DNA of 64,000 bases from IMG/VR virus record IMGVR_UViG_3300018089_000001, positions 32,001 to 96,000 of that record; one strand, 5' to 3'. This document shows, piece by piece, positions 8,863-17,373 of this stretch (its first letter is position 1; the number at the start of each line of letters is the position of its first letter). The position numbers were made by a program, and so were the translations under genes. The notes beneath the pieces were generated by a model. That model had not been told where the DNA came from, did no database searches, and saw only the letters and a program-made list of their open reading frames with translations. The DNA comes from a virus (Duplodnaviria > Caudoviricetes).

Positions 8863-10852
8863 CTTCAATGAGCTGGTCGACTCTGATCGATCCTCGCTGT
8901 GTTTGCACTCGCTCATATGACAAAAACTTTCGGATTGAACCGTCCTCCATCTCCAGTTCGATCAATGGATGAGTTGCGGCGATCAGTTTGCAGGCTTGAG
9001 AGATGACCTCGAGCGAGGCAAGCGAAAGTATGTCAAACTTCACCAGCCCCATGTTGGAGGCCGACTTGTTCACGATCCCGTCGGTGAACGAGGCCTGGAC
9101 GACCCCCTTGGAGCGGAACACCGACGTCTCGGAGGGCAGGTCGTCGCCGATGACCACGCCCGAGGCGTGGCGCCCGACGTGGTGCTCCCGCCCGTACAGG
9201 CTCCGGACCGCACGCTCCAGCTGGGGGTACTGACGCATGAACGAGTTGAACGTCGGACTGAGGCGGTAGATGTCGTCGAGCTTGATGACGATGGCCGAGC
9301 GGGTCACCCCCTCGTCCTCGCTGTACAGGGCCCGCATCTCCCGCTCGATCTGCGCGTTGACGCGGTTGCAGAGGTTGTGGTCGATGTCGTGGACCCGGCA
9401 GAGGTCCTTCAGGAGGCCCTTGATCTGGTTGGTCCCGTACGTGCTGATGCAGGCGACGTTGTCCTCGCCGAAGTCGCGGCGGAGGATGTCCTTGACCCGG
9501 TCCACGTCCTGGAAGTCGAGGTCGATGTCCGGGGTCTCGACGCGGTCGATGTTGATGAACCGCTCGAACATCAGGTTGTGCTCGATCGGGTCGATGTTCG
9601 TGATCCCGGTGAGGTAGCAGATCAGGCTGCCGGCCGCCGATCCGCGGCCGGGACCGATGAGCATCTCCTTCCGCGCCGCGTCGCAGATGTTCCGGACGAC
9701 GAGGAAGTAGTTGGCGAGCCCCTTCTCCCGGATGACGCCCAGCTCGTAGCTCAGACGCTGGACGTACCGGTCGTCCCGCTCCAGCCCGCGGGACCTCAGT
9801 CCCACGGCCGCGGACCGCATGAGCTCCCTGAACGTGTCCGCGTACGGCAACGACGGGAGCCGCATCCGCGTGTCGGGCTCGAACTGCTCGACCAAGGAGT
9901 CCGCCATGAGCGTGTTATCGAACGCCTGGGCAAGGACGTCCTCCGGAACCTCGGGGTTGTTCAGGCGGAAGCTCTCCCACAGTTCGTCGGCCGACTTGAC
10001 GAAGAGGGAGCGCACGTCGAACCTATAGTCGGGCGGCAGGTTCCCGAGAGTGAGGCCCCCAGCCTTACCCCGATGCGTCAGGAGGAGGTGGAGGATCTGC
10101 TGCGACTGCCAGTCCGCGGGGTCCACATAGTGGCTGTCTTGCGTGACAAGGAGTGGGATCTTCGTCTCGTCGTGGATCTTAATGAGGGCGGAATTCAGTT
10201 CGGCTTGGTACGGCGCCGCGTTGGTCTGCAGCTCAAGGAAAAACCGACCCTGAAAGATCTCGGAGTACTCTTGAGCTAGCTTGACGACTTCATCCCATTC
10301 GCACTCGCCGCGTTTGAACAGCGAATAGCGAGCGCTGATGACACCGCCCATGCATGCTGATGAGGCGACTAGGCCCCTGCTGAGCTCAGCGAGCATCTCC
10401 TTGTCAAGGCGCGGCTTTTGGAAGTAGCCTTCCTTGTGGGCTCGGTACTGGAGCCGATAAAGGTTCGCCAGACCCTCCCTGCTTTGAGCCACCAAGACGA
10501 GATGGCCCTTCCGATAGAGGACCTTCCGCTTCGTCTTATCGAGGGCAGCGCGGTCAAGGTCGAACTCGACGTCCTCGACCGCGGCTTTCTTCTCAAGTGC
10601 CAGCTGCTCCTTGAGGGCTCGCCAGTCCTTGAGGCTATCGATGACGTAGCTCTCCATTCCGAGGAGAGCCCTCACGCCCTGCTTCTTGGCCTCGAGGAAA
10701 GTCCGTGCGTGCGAGTGGCAATGCCCGTGATTCGTGATCGCGAAGGACTTGAGTCCCTTGTCCTTCGCCGCCTTGACAAGCTCTTCAGGAGAACAGACGC
10801 CATCCTGAAAGCTGAAGGCATCGTGCGTATGCAGACTTGCCATCATCCTCAT
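8807..10852 (-). CDS. dnaE: DNA polymerase III alpha subunit, N-terminal half (PHP + palm) with Hint-like tail
   Basis: HTH..FS..DG, AITNHG, GPGRGSAAGSL, FERF, PDIDLDF, GRHASG, GLVKFDIL. Confidence 0.93.
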   Translation of the reverse strand: MRMMASLHTHDAFSFQDGVCSPEELVKAAKDKGLKSFAITNHGHCHSHARTFLEAKKQGVRALLGMESYVIDSLKDWRALKEQLALEKKAAVEDVEFDLDRAALDKTKRKVLYRKGHLVLVAQSREGLANLYRLQYRAHKEGYFQKPRLDKEMLAELSRGLVASSACMGGVISARYSLFKRGECEWDEVVKLAQEYSEIFQGRFFLELQTNAAPYQAELNSALIKIHDETKIPLLVTQDSHYVDPADWQSQQILHLLLTHRGKAGGLTLGNLPPDYRFDVRSLFVKSADELWESFRLNNPEVPEDVLAQAFDNTLMADSLVEQFEPDTRMRLPSLPYADTFRELMRSAAVGLRSRGLERDDRYVQRLSYELGVIREKGLANYFLVVRNICDAARKEMLIGPGRGSAAGSLICYLTGITNIDPIEHNLMFERFINIDRVETPDIDLDFQDVDRVKDILRRDFGEDNVACISTYGTNQIKGLLKDLCRVHDIDHNLCNRVNAQIEREMRALYSEDEGVTRSAIVIKLDDIYRLSPTFNSFMRQYPQLERAVRSLYGREHHVGRHASGVVIGDDLPSETSVFRSKGVVQASFTDGIVNKSASNMGLVKFDILSLASLEVISQACKLIAATHPLIELEMEDGSIRKFLSYERVQTQRGSIRVDQLIEDDEILESSDIRAGGSANR

Positions 10853-10862
10853 CGATGCAACC

Positions 10863-11006
10863 TCATTTCCACCACGGAGGGAGTAGATACCGACAACGGG
10901 CCCACTTCGCCATGCATGACCTATCGCAAAAAATCGTCTTTCCGCGCATCGGCCTTCGCACGATTCCGCCGCATGTCCAACAGAGGGACCGCCAGCCTCT
11001 GCTCAC
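10863..11006 (-). CDS. Small C4 zinc-finger protein (possible homing-endonuclease N-terminal remnant)
   Basis: Manual translation MSRGWRSLCWTCGGIVRRPMRGKTIFCDRSCMAKWARCRYLLPPWWK. Confidence 0.4.
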   Translation of the reverse strand: MSRGWRSLCWTCGGIVRRPMRGKTIFCDRSCMAKWARCRYLLPPWWK

Positions 11007-11458
11007 GGAACGATCTTCGCCACGTTCCATCCTACGGTGTAGGAGTACATCTCGATCGTCGGCTTGCCGTCGATCCGCGTCACGGCCCGCCGACGCTTCT
11101 GATCGATGAACTCCGTCCCGTCCTCCCGGCAGTACACGAACATCACGTAGTCCCGGGACTCCCTATAGACGTCGTCGCAGTAGTACCGGTGGGCCACCCG
11201 CTCCTTGCTCCGTGAGACCCAGACACCGTCCATGCGGCGCCCAGTGATCGCCTCCCTGAGGACGTACAACCCCCGTGCCCCCTCGACCCTCTCGAAATGA
11301 CGTCGGAAGATGTGCCCGAGGTTCATGTGGTAGTGGTGGTCGGATCGGGGGATGCCCGTGGCCATGCGGTACCTCGCGGCCGCCTCGCCCCAGCTGATCA
11401 CGCCGCCCGGCTGGAGACGAGCGAACCGCAGGATGCTAGCCGTCGCGCCGCGTTTCAT
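11003..11458 (-). CDS. Hypothetical protein (possible winged-helix N-terminus)
   Basis: ORF track; apparently leaderless behind an extended -10. Confidence 0.55.
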   Translation of the reverse strand: MKRGATASILRFARLQPGGVISWGEAAARYRMATGIPRSDHHYHMNLGHIFRRHFERVEGARGLYVLREAITGRRMDGVWVSRSKERVAHRYYCDDVYRESRDYVMFVYCREDGTEFIDQKRRRAVTRIDGKPTIEMYSYTVGWNVAKIVP

Positions 11459-11464
11459 CAGGAA

Positions 11465-11473
11465 ATCCTACCA
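11465..11473 (-). promoter_or_regulatory. Extended -10 promoter (TGGTAGGAT), ATG 6 nt downstream
   Basis: TGnTAnnAT match; same geometry at 18147. Confidence 0.4.
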
Positions 11474-11486
11474 CGTGATGGGGTTG

Positions 11487-11681
11487 TCAGTTGAGCGACG
11501 AGTCGTCCCGACGGGCCTCAGCGAGAGCGAGAGCCCTCCTCCTGATCCAGGACAGGAAGGAGACCTGCAGGTGCGCGGGGATCTCGTCAGCGAACCTACT
11601 GAGGTCAGAGAGCGTGGGGGCGGCGGCCATCATCCGAAAGTACTTCTCGATCAGCTCCGCCAGGCTCACTTGGCCCTCCAC
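11487..11681 (-). CDS. Hypothetical protein
   Basis: ORF track. Confidence 0.45.
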   Translation of the reverse strand: MEGQVSLAELIEKYFRMMAAAPTLSDLSRFADEIPAHLQVSFLSWIRRRALALAEARRDDSSLN

Positions 11682-12124
11682 TTGAGGAACGTGGGCTCAC
11701 GCTTGAGTTTCCGGGAGTACTCGATGGCGTCCCAGGTCCCCCCGTCCCTGACGCCGTCCCAGACGGCGGCGAGTCGGTCGCTGTTGTCGACCATCCATCG
11801 GTTCCTGATCGAATACACGGAGACCGAGTACCTGTCGACGTCGGACGTCACCCTCACGTCCGCGGCCTTCTCGAGACGAGCGAGGTACTGCTCACGGAGG
11901 GTCGGTGGCCACTCCAAGGCGTGACCGACCCACGGGACTGCCGCGGTGACCGGTATCCCGAGGTCCACGGCGATGTCGAAGGCCATCGAGTCGACCCCCT
12001 GGGCCATCCCCGAGATGACCCCGTCGGGCCGCTCGGTCATGAGGAACTCCTTGATGGCTATCCATGCCCCGGCGAGGTCGTCGCCGAGACGCTCGGAACG
12101 GTGTCCCGCGAAAGCGATTATCAT
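11666..12124 (-). CDS. SLOG-family (YspA/DUF1273-like) protein
   Basis: IAFAGHR, ISGMAQGVD, RNRWMVDNSD...VWDG...GGT. Confidence 0.8.
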   Translation of the reverse strand: MIIAFAGHRSERLGDDLAGAWIAIKEFLMTERPDGVISGMAQGVDSMAFDIAVDLGIPVTAAVPWVGHALEWPPTLREQYLARLEKAADVRVTSDVDRYSVSVYSIRNRWMVDNSDRLAAVWDGVRDGGTWDAIEYSRKLKREPTFLKWRAK

Positions 12125-12600
12125 TCGATCTCCCCGAACTCCCGCTGGATGCAGTCCAGGACCTCATCCAGGGGAATCCTTGATTTGATTGGTGGCTCGC
12201 TGGTATAATACCTCTCCTGACGGCCGTTCCGGTATCCGGAGCGTTCGACCGTGTGGGCGAGCACCGTCTCCCAGCGTTGGAACCAGCAGCCGAGCGTCTC
12301 GTCCTCATTCATCGCCATCAGCCACCTGGCCTGGCTCTTATTGAACTCGAAGGTCGACACGGAGACGCTGTCGGGGTACTTGGCGGACGGGGTCTTAACC
12401 TCGATCGTCAGGAGCGGGGCCTCGTCGGGCCTCGAGAAGAGGAGGTCACCCTTTATGCCGTTGGCTCGGGAGTGCCTCGGACCCCTCCGGACCGTGATCC
12501 GTGAGCCGCGCTCTGCCAACCTCCGTCGAATGATCTCCAGGGCCCGGTCGTTGCCTTCCTCGCCGACCTTGGCCTCCCATGAGTTTGGGTCGTAGCTCAC
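12121..12600 (-). CDS. PD-(D/E)xK nuclease-like protein
   Basis: GDLLF...TIEVKT. Confidence 0.5.
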   Translation of the reverse strand: MSYDPNSWEAKVGEEGNDRALEIIRRRLAERGSRITVRRGPRHSRANGIKGDLLFSRPDEAPLLTIEVKTPSAKYPDSVSVSTFEFNKSQARWLMAMNEDETLGCWFQRWETVLAHTVERSGYRNGRQERYYTSEPPIKSRIPLDEVLDCIQREFGEIE

Positions 12601-12634
12601 GCAACCCCGTCCTTGCCCAGCGGAGACAGCCCGA

Positions 12635-13024
12635 TCATTCGTTCACCACAACCCTTCCGTTCCTCAGGATCACCGTGCGGTCCGTCAGCGGGTCGTACTC
12701 ATACCAGGTCCTGGCCCACGGCCCCCGCAGCGTGAATACCCATGTGGTACCGAGGCTAACCACTCGATGGAAAGTGTCGCGTCTCGTGATGATAGGAAAC
12801 AGGCTCGGCACGTGGACCTCGATCCGTCCATCGAGGTGCTCCTCGATCAGGGTTCCCCACAGGACCCACGAGACGCTGTTGAAGGCGTGGGAGTGGTACT
12901 CGTCACGGCTGCCGTTCGCGAAACGCAGCAAGGCCACGCTGAACAGCCTCTTGACCTCAGCGAGCCAGTAGCCGACGACCGTCGACTTCGGGCCCCCGTC
13001 CTTGGCCCTGTGGAAGAACTTCAC
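12635..13024 (-). CDS. Cupin-fold protein
   Basis: YHSHAF...G.L.EEH...FHRV metal-binding cupin pattern. Confidence 0.6.
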   Translation of the reverse strand: MKFFHRAKDGGPKSTVVGYWLAEVKRLFSVALLRFANGSRDEYHSHAFNSVSWVLWGTLIEEHLDGRIEVHVPSLFPIITRRDTFHRVVSLGTTWVFTLRGPWARTWYEYDPLTDRTVILRNGRVVVNE

Positions 13025-13025
13025 A

Positions 13026-13256
13026 TCACACCGTGAATTCCGCGGCCTCGATCTCGATATGCAGCCATCCGGTCGCGACGATGTGTAGCTTTCCGTCAGC
13101 AGTCCTCAAGCGATGCGTCCCGCTTGGCCTGGCGAGGAAATGCGTCACGTCCGCGATGCAAACCTTCTCCCCTCCAGGGAAGGAGTACACCCGTGACTTC
13201 TCTGGCGGATCCAGCCTGGTCAACTCCACAACAGCAGCTTCGGGAAAATCAGTCAT
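13026..13256 (-). CDS. Small phage protein
   Basis: EKSRVYSFPGG...SGTHRL..ADGK.H....GW; TGATG coupling. Confidence 0.6.
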   Translation of the reverse strand: MTDFPEAAVVELTRLDPPEKSRVYSFPGGEKVCIADVTHFLARPSGTHRLRTADGKLHIVATGWLHIEIEAAEFTV

Positions 13257-13621
13257 CAGTATCCCTCCTGTAGCCTCCGCCGCACGACCGCGTTCTTCCG
13301 TCGAAACTCCTCGTAGAGCGCGTCGGGCGTCATCCCACTGATCACGCAGAGTTCCAGGAAGAACGCGAAGGCGTCGCCGATCTCCTCCCGGTAATGCTCG
13401 AGGTCCACCTCGGCGGCGTCGCTGAGGCGGTGCATCTTGTTCTTCAGCTCCACGGTGGCCTCGAAGAGCTCCGCGACGCAGTTGAAGACGCACTCCTTGA
13501 CGAAACGCTGGCCCGGCTTCGTACCGAGGTCAACGGGGTACTCGGGGAAGCGGTCGTGCTCCACGAGCATGTCCATGTACTCACGCTGGAGGGCGAAGGC
13601 CCGGTCGAGCTTGTCACTCAT
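13256..13621 (-). CDS. All-alpha dCTP/dUTP pyrophosphatase (T4 gp56 / dimeric dUTPase-like)
   Basis: AELFE...EEIGDAFAFF...LYEEF..KN....R...GY. Confidence 0.75.
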   Translation of the reverse strand: MSDKLDRAFALQREYMDMLVEHDRFPEYPVDLGTKPGQRFVKECVFNCVAELFEATVELKNKMHRLSDAAEVDLEHYREEIGDAFAFFLELCVISGMTPDALYEEFRRKNAVVRRRLQEGY

Positions 13622-13797
13622 CGGTCGAAGTAGTCCGTCCTCATCGGCTCGATCGTCGCCCGCGCGACGAGATCATCGCCCGCGCCGTGGAATGTCACCA
13701 TGACCCCGTGGTTCGGCTTGATGTGTCCAGCCTTGGTCAGGTACTCCCTGACCGCCTGGCTGATCTCCGGCTCGCTCAGTTCGACTGTCACCTTCAT
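13618..13797 (-). CDS. Small hypothetical protein
   Basis: MKVTVELSEPEISQAVREYL. Confidence 0.55.
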   Translation of the reverse strand: MKVTVELSEPEISQAVREYLTKAGHIKPNHGVMVTFHGAGDDLVARATIEPMRTDYFDR

Positions 13798-13798
13798 C

Positions 13799-14374
13799 TC
13801 ACCCCTTCGTCCAGCGTCTCTGGAGCACAGTCGAGAGACGTGGCTCCGCGCATCCCGTCCCATAGACCCAGCGCAGCCTCTTGCCGGACACGGTCACGTC
13901 ACGAATGCCGTATGAGCCGAGTTCGACGCGAGTGTCCTTCTCGACAATGTCGTAACCGTGCTCGGTGCGAAGCACGCGGATGTCAGGAAGGAACGTCTCG
14001 AAGAACGTGCACGCCTCGTGCACCATGTGCATCAGGTGACCCTCGTCCACGTCGTGGGCGTTGATCAACTCCGCCTTGAGGAAGTAGATGCGCCGGAGCT
14101 CGTCCAGCCTCTGCTCCCACCGGAAGCACGGCGTGACGCACACTGCCCGCTTCAGCGGCTGCCCGTCCAGCATCATCTGGATGAACGACTGCTCGCCGGA
14201 GGCCACGAGATTGCCGAAATGCCCCGCCGGGGTGGCGATTCGTAGGTCCGTGGCCCCCGGGGGCTTCGTGGCGTCGTACGCGGGCGGGTCCACGTACCAC
14301 GGGGCGTCCTGGACGTACACGTACCCCCGCTTCTGATAGAACTCGATGGCGCTCGCGATGTGTCGGTAGTCCAT
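13799..14374 (-). CDS. Stand-alone class II aminoacyl-tRNA-synthetase-like catalytic domain (SerRS-like)
   Basis: VASGEQSF, TPCFRWE (motif 2), F.K.EL, YDI...VELGS, GTGCAEPR (motif 3); no tRNA-binding domain. Confidence 0.72.
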   Translation of the reverse strand: MDYRHIASAIEFYQKRGYVYVQDAPWYVDPPAYDATKPPGATDLRIATPAGHFGNLVASGEQSFIQMMLDGQPLKRAVCVTPCFRWEQRLDELRRIYFLKAELINAHDVDEGHLMHMVHEACTFFETFLPDIRVLRTEHGYDIVEKDTRVELGSYGIRDVTVSGKRLRWVYGTGCAEPRLSTVLQRRWTKG

Positions 14375-14375
14375 G

Positions 14376-14780
14376 TCACTCCTCCTTGGGGACCCGGTGG
14401 CCCACCTTGAAGGCCCGCTTCGTGATCGCGGCCATTGACAGGAGATCGGACAACTCGATGCTCGGGTGATGGCGGTCGAGGTACCCCTCGATCGCTCCGA
14501 TGAGGTCCGCGAGCTCTAGGAGGGCCATCAGGGAACACCGCTGGGCCAGGGCGTCCTTGAACTCCGCCAGCTCCTCCTCGATCTTCGAGACCTCGCCGTA
14601 CTCGCCCTGCGGTATCCAGGCGATGTGGTATCCGATCGGGGATGGCGGTGTCTCGAGCTGCTGGATCGTCTTGAACGCCGTACACATGCAGGACGGAGCG
14701 GAGAGAGGCTTGGCGGTGCAGGCCCCAGTCCCCATGAAATGGAGGATGCTGACGTGTCCGCACCAGCACTTCGGCTCCAT
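14376..14780 (-). CDS. MazG-like NTP pyrophosphatase with N-terminal Cys motif
   Basis: KIEEELAEF.DA.......ELADL. Confidence 0.6.
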   Translation of the reverse strand: MEPKCWCGHVSILHFMGTGACTAKPLSAPSCMCTAFKTIQQLETPPSPIGYHIAWIPQGEYGEVSKIEEELAEFKDALAQRCSLMALLELADLIGAIEGYLDRHHPSIELSDLLSMAAITKRAFKVGHRVPKEE

Positions 14781-14782
14781 GG

Positions 14783-15202
14783 TCAGGCCTCCGCCTTTCC
14801 GAACATGTCCGGGAGCTCGTACCGGTCGTATGGGCGGCCACTGAAGCCGTGGGCCACGACCAGGCGTCCCAGTGACGAGTTGAGGGAGTAGAGCTCACAC
14901 CACGGTTGGACGGAGAGCAGGGCCTTCCGCACGGAGCGGGCGTGCTCCTCCCCCGTGACCGTGACTGCGACCAGCCGCGGTCGGCGCTGGGAGATGCTCG
15001 CGTACGTCCGTCTAGTCGGCTCGGCACCGTCGACGACGACGACGCTCTCCGGAACGACGAGCAGAAGCATCTCAGACAGCGTCAGCGGACGGAACCAGGC
15101 GGCCGGGTAGGTCCGCGACTGGTCGCGATTGGCGATGACGACGACACGCTCGTAAGAGCGGACGTCCAGGACGAGTTCGATGTTAGGGCGATTGCTGCTC
15201 AC
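14783..15202 (-). CDS. Hypothetical protein
   Basis: ORF track. Confidence 0.55.
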   Translation of the reverse strand: MSSNRPNIELVLDVRSYERVVVIANRDQSRTYPAAWFRPLTLSEMLLLVVPESVVVVDGAEPTRRTYASISQRRPRLVAVTVTGEEHARSVRKALLSVQPWCELYSLNSSLGRLVVAHGFSGRPYDRYELPDMFGKAEA

Positions 15203-16196
15203 GCTTGTCCTTCTCGATCTTCTCGATGACGCGCCTGTCGCGGTGGTCGACCAGCATGGAGACCATCCATTCCAGGGTCGTCTGGTCCGCGTCCCTCTCG
15301 GGTGAGGAGAAGGCGGGGGGCCAGGAAACGTTCAAAGGGGCCAGGGGGTTGCCGACTGACTGCCGACACGCCGGCTCGTACTGTGTCGCCAGCCACTCCA
15401 TCTGGTCCCACGTCACGGGGAGCATCGGAGCGGGCCAGGGGTGTTCCTCATTGGCCACCTCCCCCGCCATCCCCCAGTGTGTGTCATAGAGGTGGAGGGA
15501 GCCCGCCGTGTGATGGTAGGACCCCACGTCGTCCACCGGCACGCCGCGGCGACGCAGTTCCAGCATGAAGAGCTCCTGCAAGCAGGTGAAGCTGAAGACG
15601 TCGTAGGGCAGACCCCAGACGACGTCGTTGCTCCTCATCACCACGTGCATGTGGAGGTGGCGGTCCCTGATCAGGAGCTGTATCGAGAGGGTGCAGGGGA
15701 CGTCCTTGGAGCCCTGGACGACGGTCCGCCGGAGGTCCTCGGGCTCATTGATGTGCATGACGGCGCGGCGGCTGGCCGGATCGGCCGTCAGCTCGGCGAG
15801 GACCTGATCGAACTGGCCCTCCCCCTCCGTGAAGGAGGGGGAACCCGGTGGACCGAACCAGCGACCCCTGAACAGGCGGTTGCCGTAGGCGGAGTTGATG
15901 GTCAGCCCATCGTCGGAGAACTGGGCCATGCGCTTGTTGTAGTAGCGCATCGTCTCCAGGTCCGTGTCGCCCCGGAGGTACCAGCACAGCTCCCCGACGG
16001 CGAAGCCGTAGTTGACGGCCCGAGCGGGACTCGTGATGAGCCTGTTCCGGGGATCCGTCAGGGTGAACGTCGGAGCCACGAGCTCCCGGATCAGCTTGCC
16101 GCGGGGAGCGGACTCGAAGTCGAAGGACCACCGCAGGTCACCCATCAGGTCGCGGTGGATCTCCTCCAACGAGGAGCGGGTGATGTTGAGGGTCAT
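15183..16196 (-). CDS. Thymidylate-synthase-fold dCMP hydroxymethylase-like protein
   Basis: SRRA, DVPCT, MRSNDVVWGLPYD (Asp at the specificity position, as in T4 gp42), GSLHLY. Confidence 0.8.
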   Translation of the reverse strand: MTLNITRSSLEEIHRDLMGDLRWSFDFESAPRGKLIRELVAPTFTLTDPRNRLITSPARAVNYGFAVGELCWYLRGDTDLETMRYYNKRMAQFSDDGLTINSAYGNRLFRGRWFGPPGSPSFTEGEGQFDQVLAELTADPASRRAVMHINEPEDLRRTVVQGSKDVPCTLSIQLLIRDRHLHMHVVMRSNDVVWGLPYDVFSFTCLQELFMLELRRRGVPVDDVGSYHHTAGSLHLYDTHWGMAGEVANEEHPWPAPMLPVTWDQMEWLATQYEPACRQSVGNPLAPLNVSWPPAFSSPERDADQTTLEWMVSMLVDHRDRRVIEKIEKDKREQQSP

Positions 16197-16492
16197 CCCG
16201 CGTCCCACATCCGCACGTATGTGTCGCAGGCCTGACAGACGAGGTCCGCTTCGTGCCACATCATGTCGTAGTTCTCCATGCGAAGCTCCGTACCTCCACA
16301 CTCCGGACACGTGTTGTCATGCTTGCGGGCAGCGGTGAAGGCCTGCTCGTAGGTCGGATGGTCCCACGCCTGGGAGTGATCAAGGCCCTCAGCGACCAAG
16401 CGAGCCTCGATGCCTTTGAGGGAGGCCCAGAGCTCACGACTCCTCTCGATGTAACGGGCCCTTGCCTCAGTCGAGGGTTGACGGTAACTCAT
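16193..16492 (-). CDS. Hypothetical Zn-ribbon protein
   Basis: CPECG...CQAC. Confidence 0.55.
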   Translation of the reverse strand: MSYRQPSTEARARYIERSRELWASLKGIEARLVAEGLDHSQAWDHPTYEQAFTAARKHDNTCPECGGTELRMENYDMMWHEADLVCQACDTYVRMWDAG

Positions 16493-17373
16493 CCGAACGC
16501 TCCTCCGATCAGGCCGCGAAGTGTGGCGTCGATGCCTCCTGGCATCCTAAAACCGGCGGCCTTCGCGTGGCCGCCGCCGCCGTAGAGGCCCGCGATGACG
16601 CTGCAGTCGATACCGTTGGGGCGTGAACGGAGACTGACCATACCGCCCATGAGATCGAGGATGACGGCCACGTCGACCAGTGGTCGGGTGTCCAGGATCC
16701 TGTTGGCCGTGTCGTTCTTCCAGTCCTGGGGGCACGCGGCGGCGGCCGCGACGATGCGCCCAGTCGGTTCGGGTAACCAGATCTCGCTCTGGACGGCGGC
16801 GCGCGCCGCCCGCTCCGCGTAGACTGACCTGACCGCCTCGGCGCCGGCCGCCCGGGCCGCCATGGCGGGGTCGTTGATGATCCCGGCCTCATGCTCGAGG
16901 AGGACGTCGAGGAACTGCTCCTGCGTGTACGTCGCCGCGAGGTCCGCGAGTCGCCGACCGACCGGATTCTCGAAGCGACCCAGGTCGTAGTCCCTCATGC
17001 CCCCGATGAAGGCCTCTGTGTCATCGTCGAGGTTGCGTAGGGCGAGCCTGTTGGCCATCAGCGACGTCCCGCACTCCCCCATGTCGAACTCACAGCGTGG
17101 GTCCCTCCCGTGGACCCGCTGGGAGCTCACGTGGTGGTCGAAGACCCAGAAGGGTCGTCCGGCCGCCGGGTCACTGAGGTCCTGCGGACAGCAGTCCACG
17201 TACCAGACCTCCTCGACGGGACCCGGGACGTCGTCCCCGGACAGCTGCAACCCCGAGGGATTCCTGAACAAGACAAGATCCCTACTCCCGCCTGCCCAGA
17301 GGTACATCAGCGCCGACCCGGTGCCGTCGAGACACCCCCTGTGGGTCACCAACAGCGTGCGGTTGAGACTCAC
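16489..17373 (-). CDS. DHH/DHHA1 phosphoesterase
   Basis: H..CLDG, FDHH, SLRS, GGGGH..AAGF. Confidence 0.85.
   Translation of the reverse strand: MSLNRTLLVTHRGCLDGTGSALMYLWAGGSRDLVLFRNPSGLQLSGDDVPGPVEEVWYVDCCPQDLSDPAAGRPFWVFDHHVSSQRVHGRDPRCEFDMGECGTSLMANRLALRNLDDDTEAFIGGMRDYDLGRFENPVGRRLADLAATYTQEQFLDVLLEHEAGIINDPAMAARAAGAEAVRSVYAERAARAAVQSEIWLPEPTGRIVAAAAACPQDWKNDTANRILDTRPLVDVAVILDLMGGMVSLRSRPNGIDCSVIAGLYGGGGHAKAAGFRMPGGIDATLRGLIGGAFG

Noticed and set aside
7770-8990. Canonical split intein in dnaE (Cys in QACKL; Asn-Ser in MDLNS)
   Set aside because: Both residues fall in segments that align with native DnaE, and TxxH, block F and His-Asn are absent. Unlikely, though not formally excluded without an experiment
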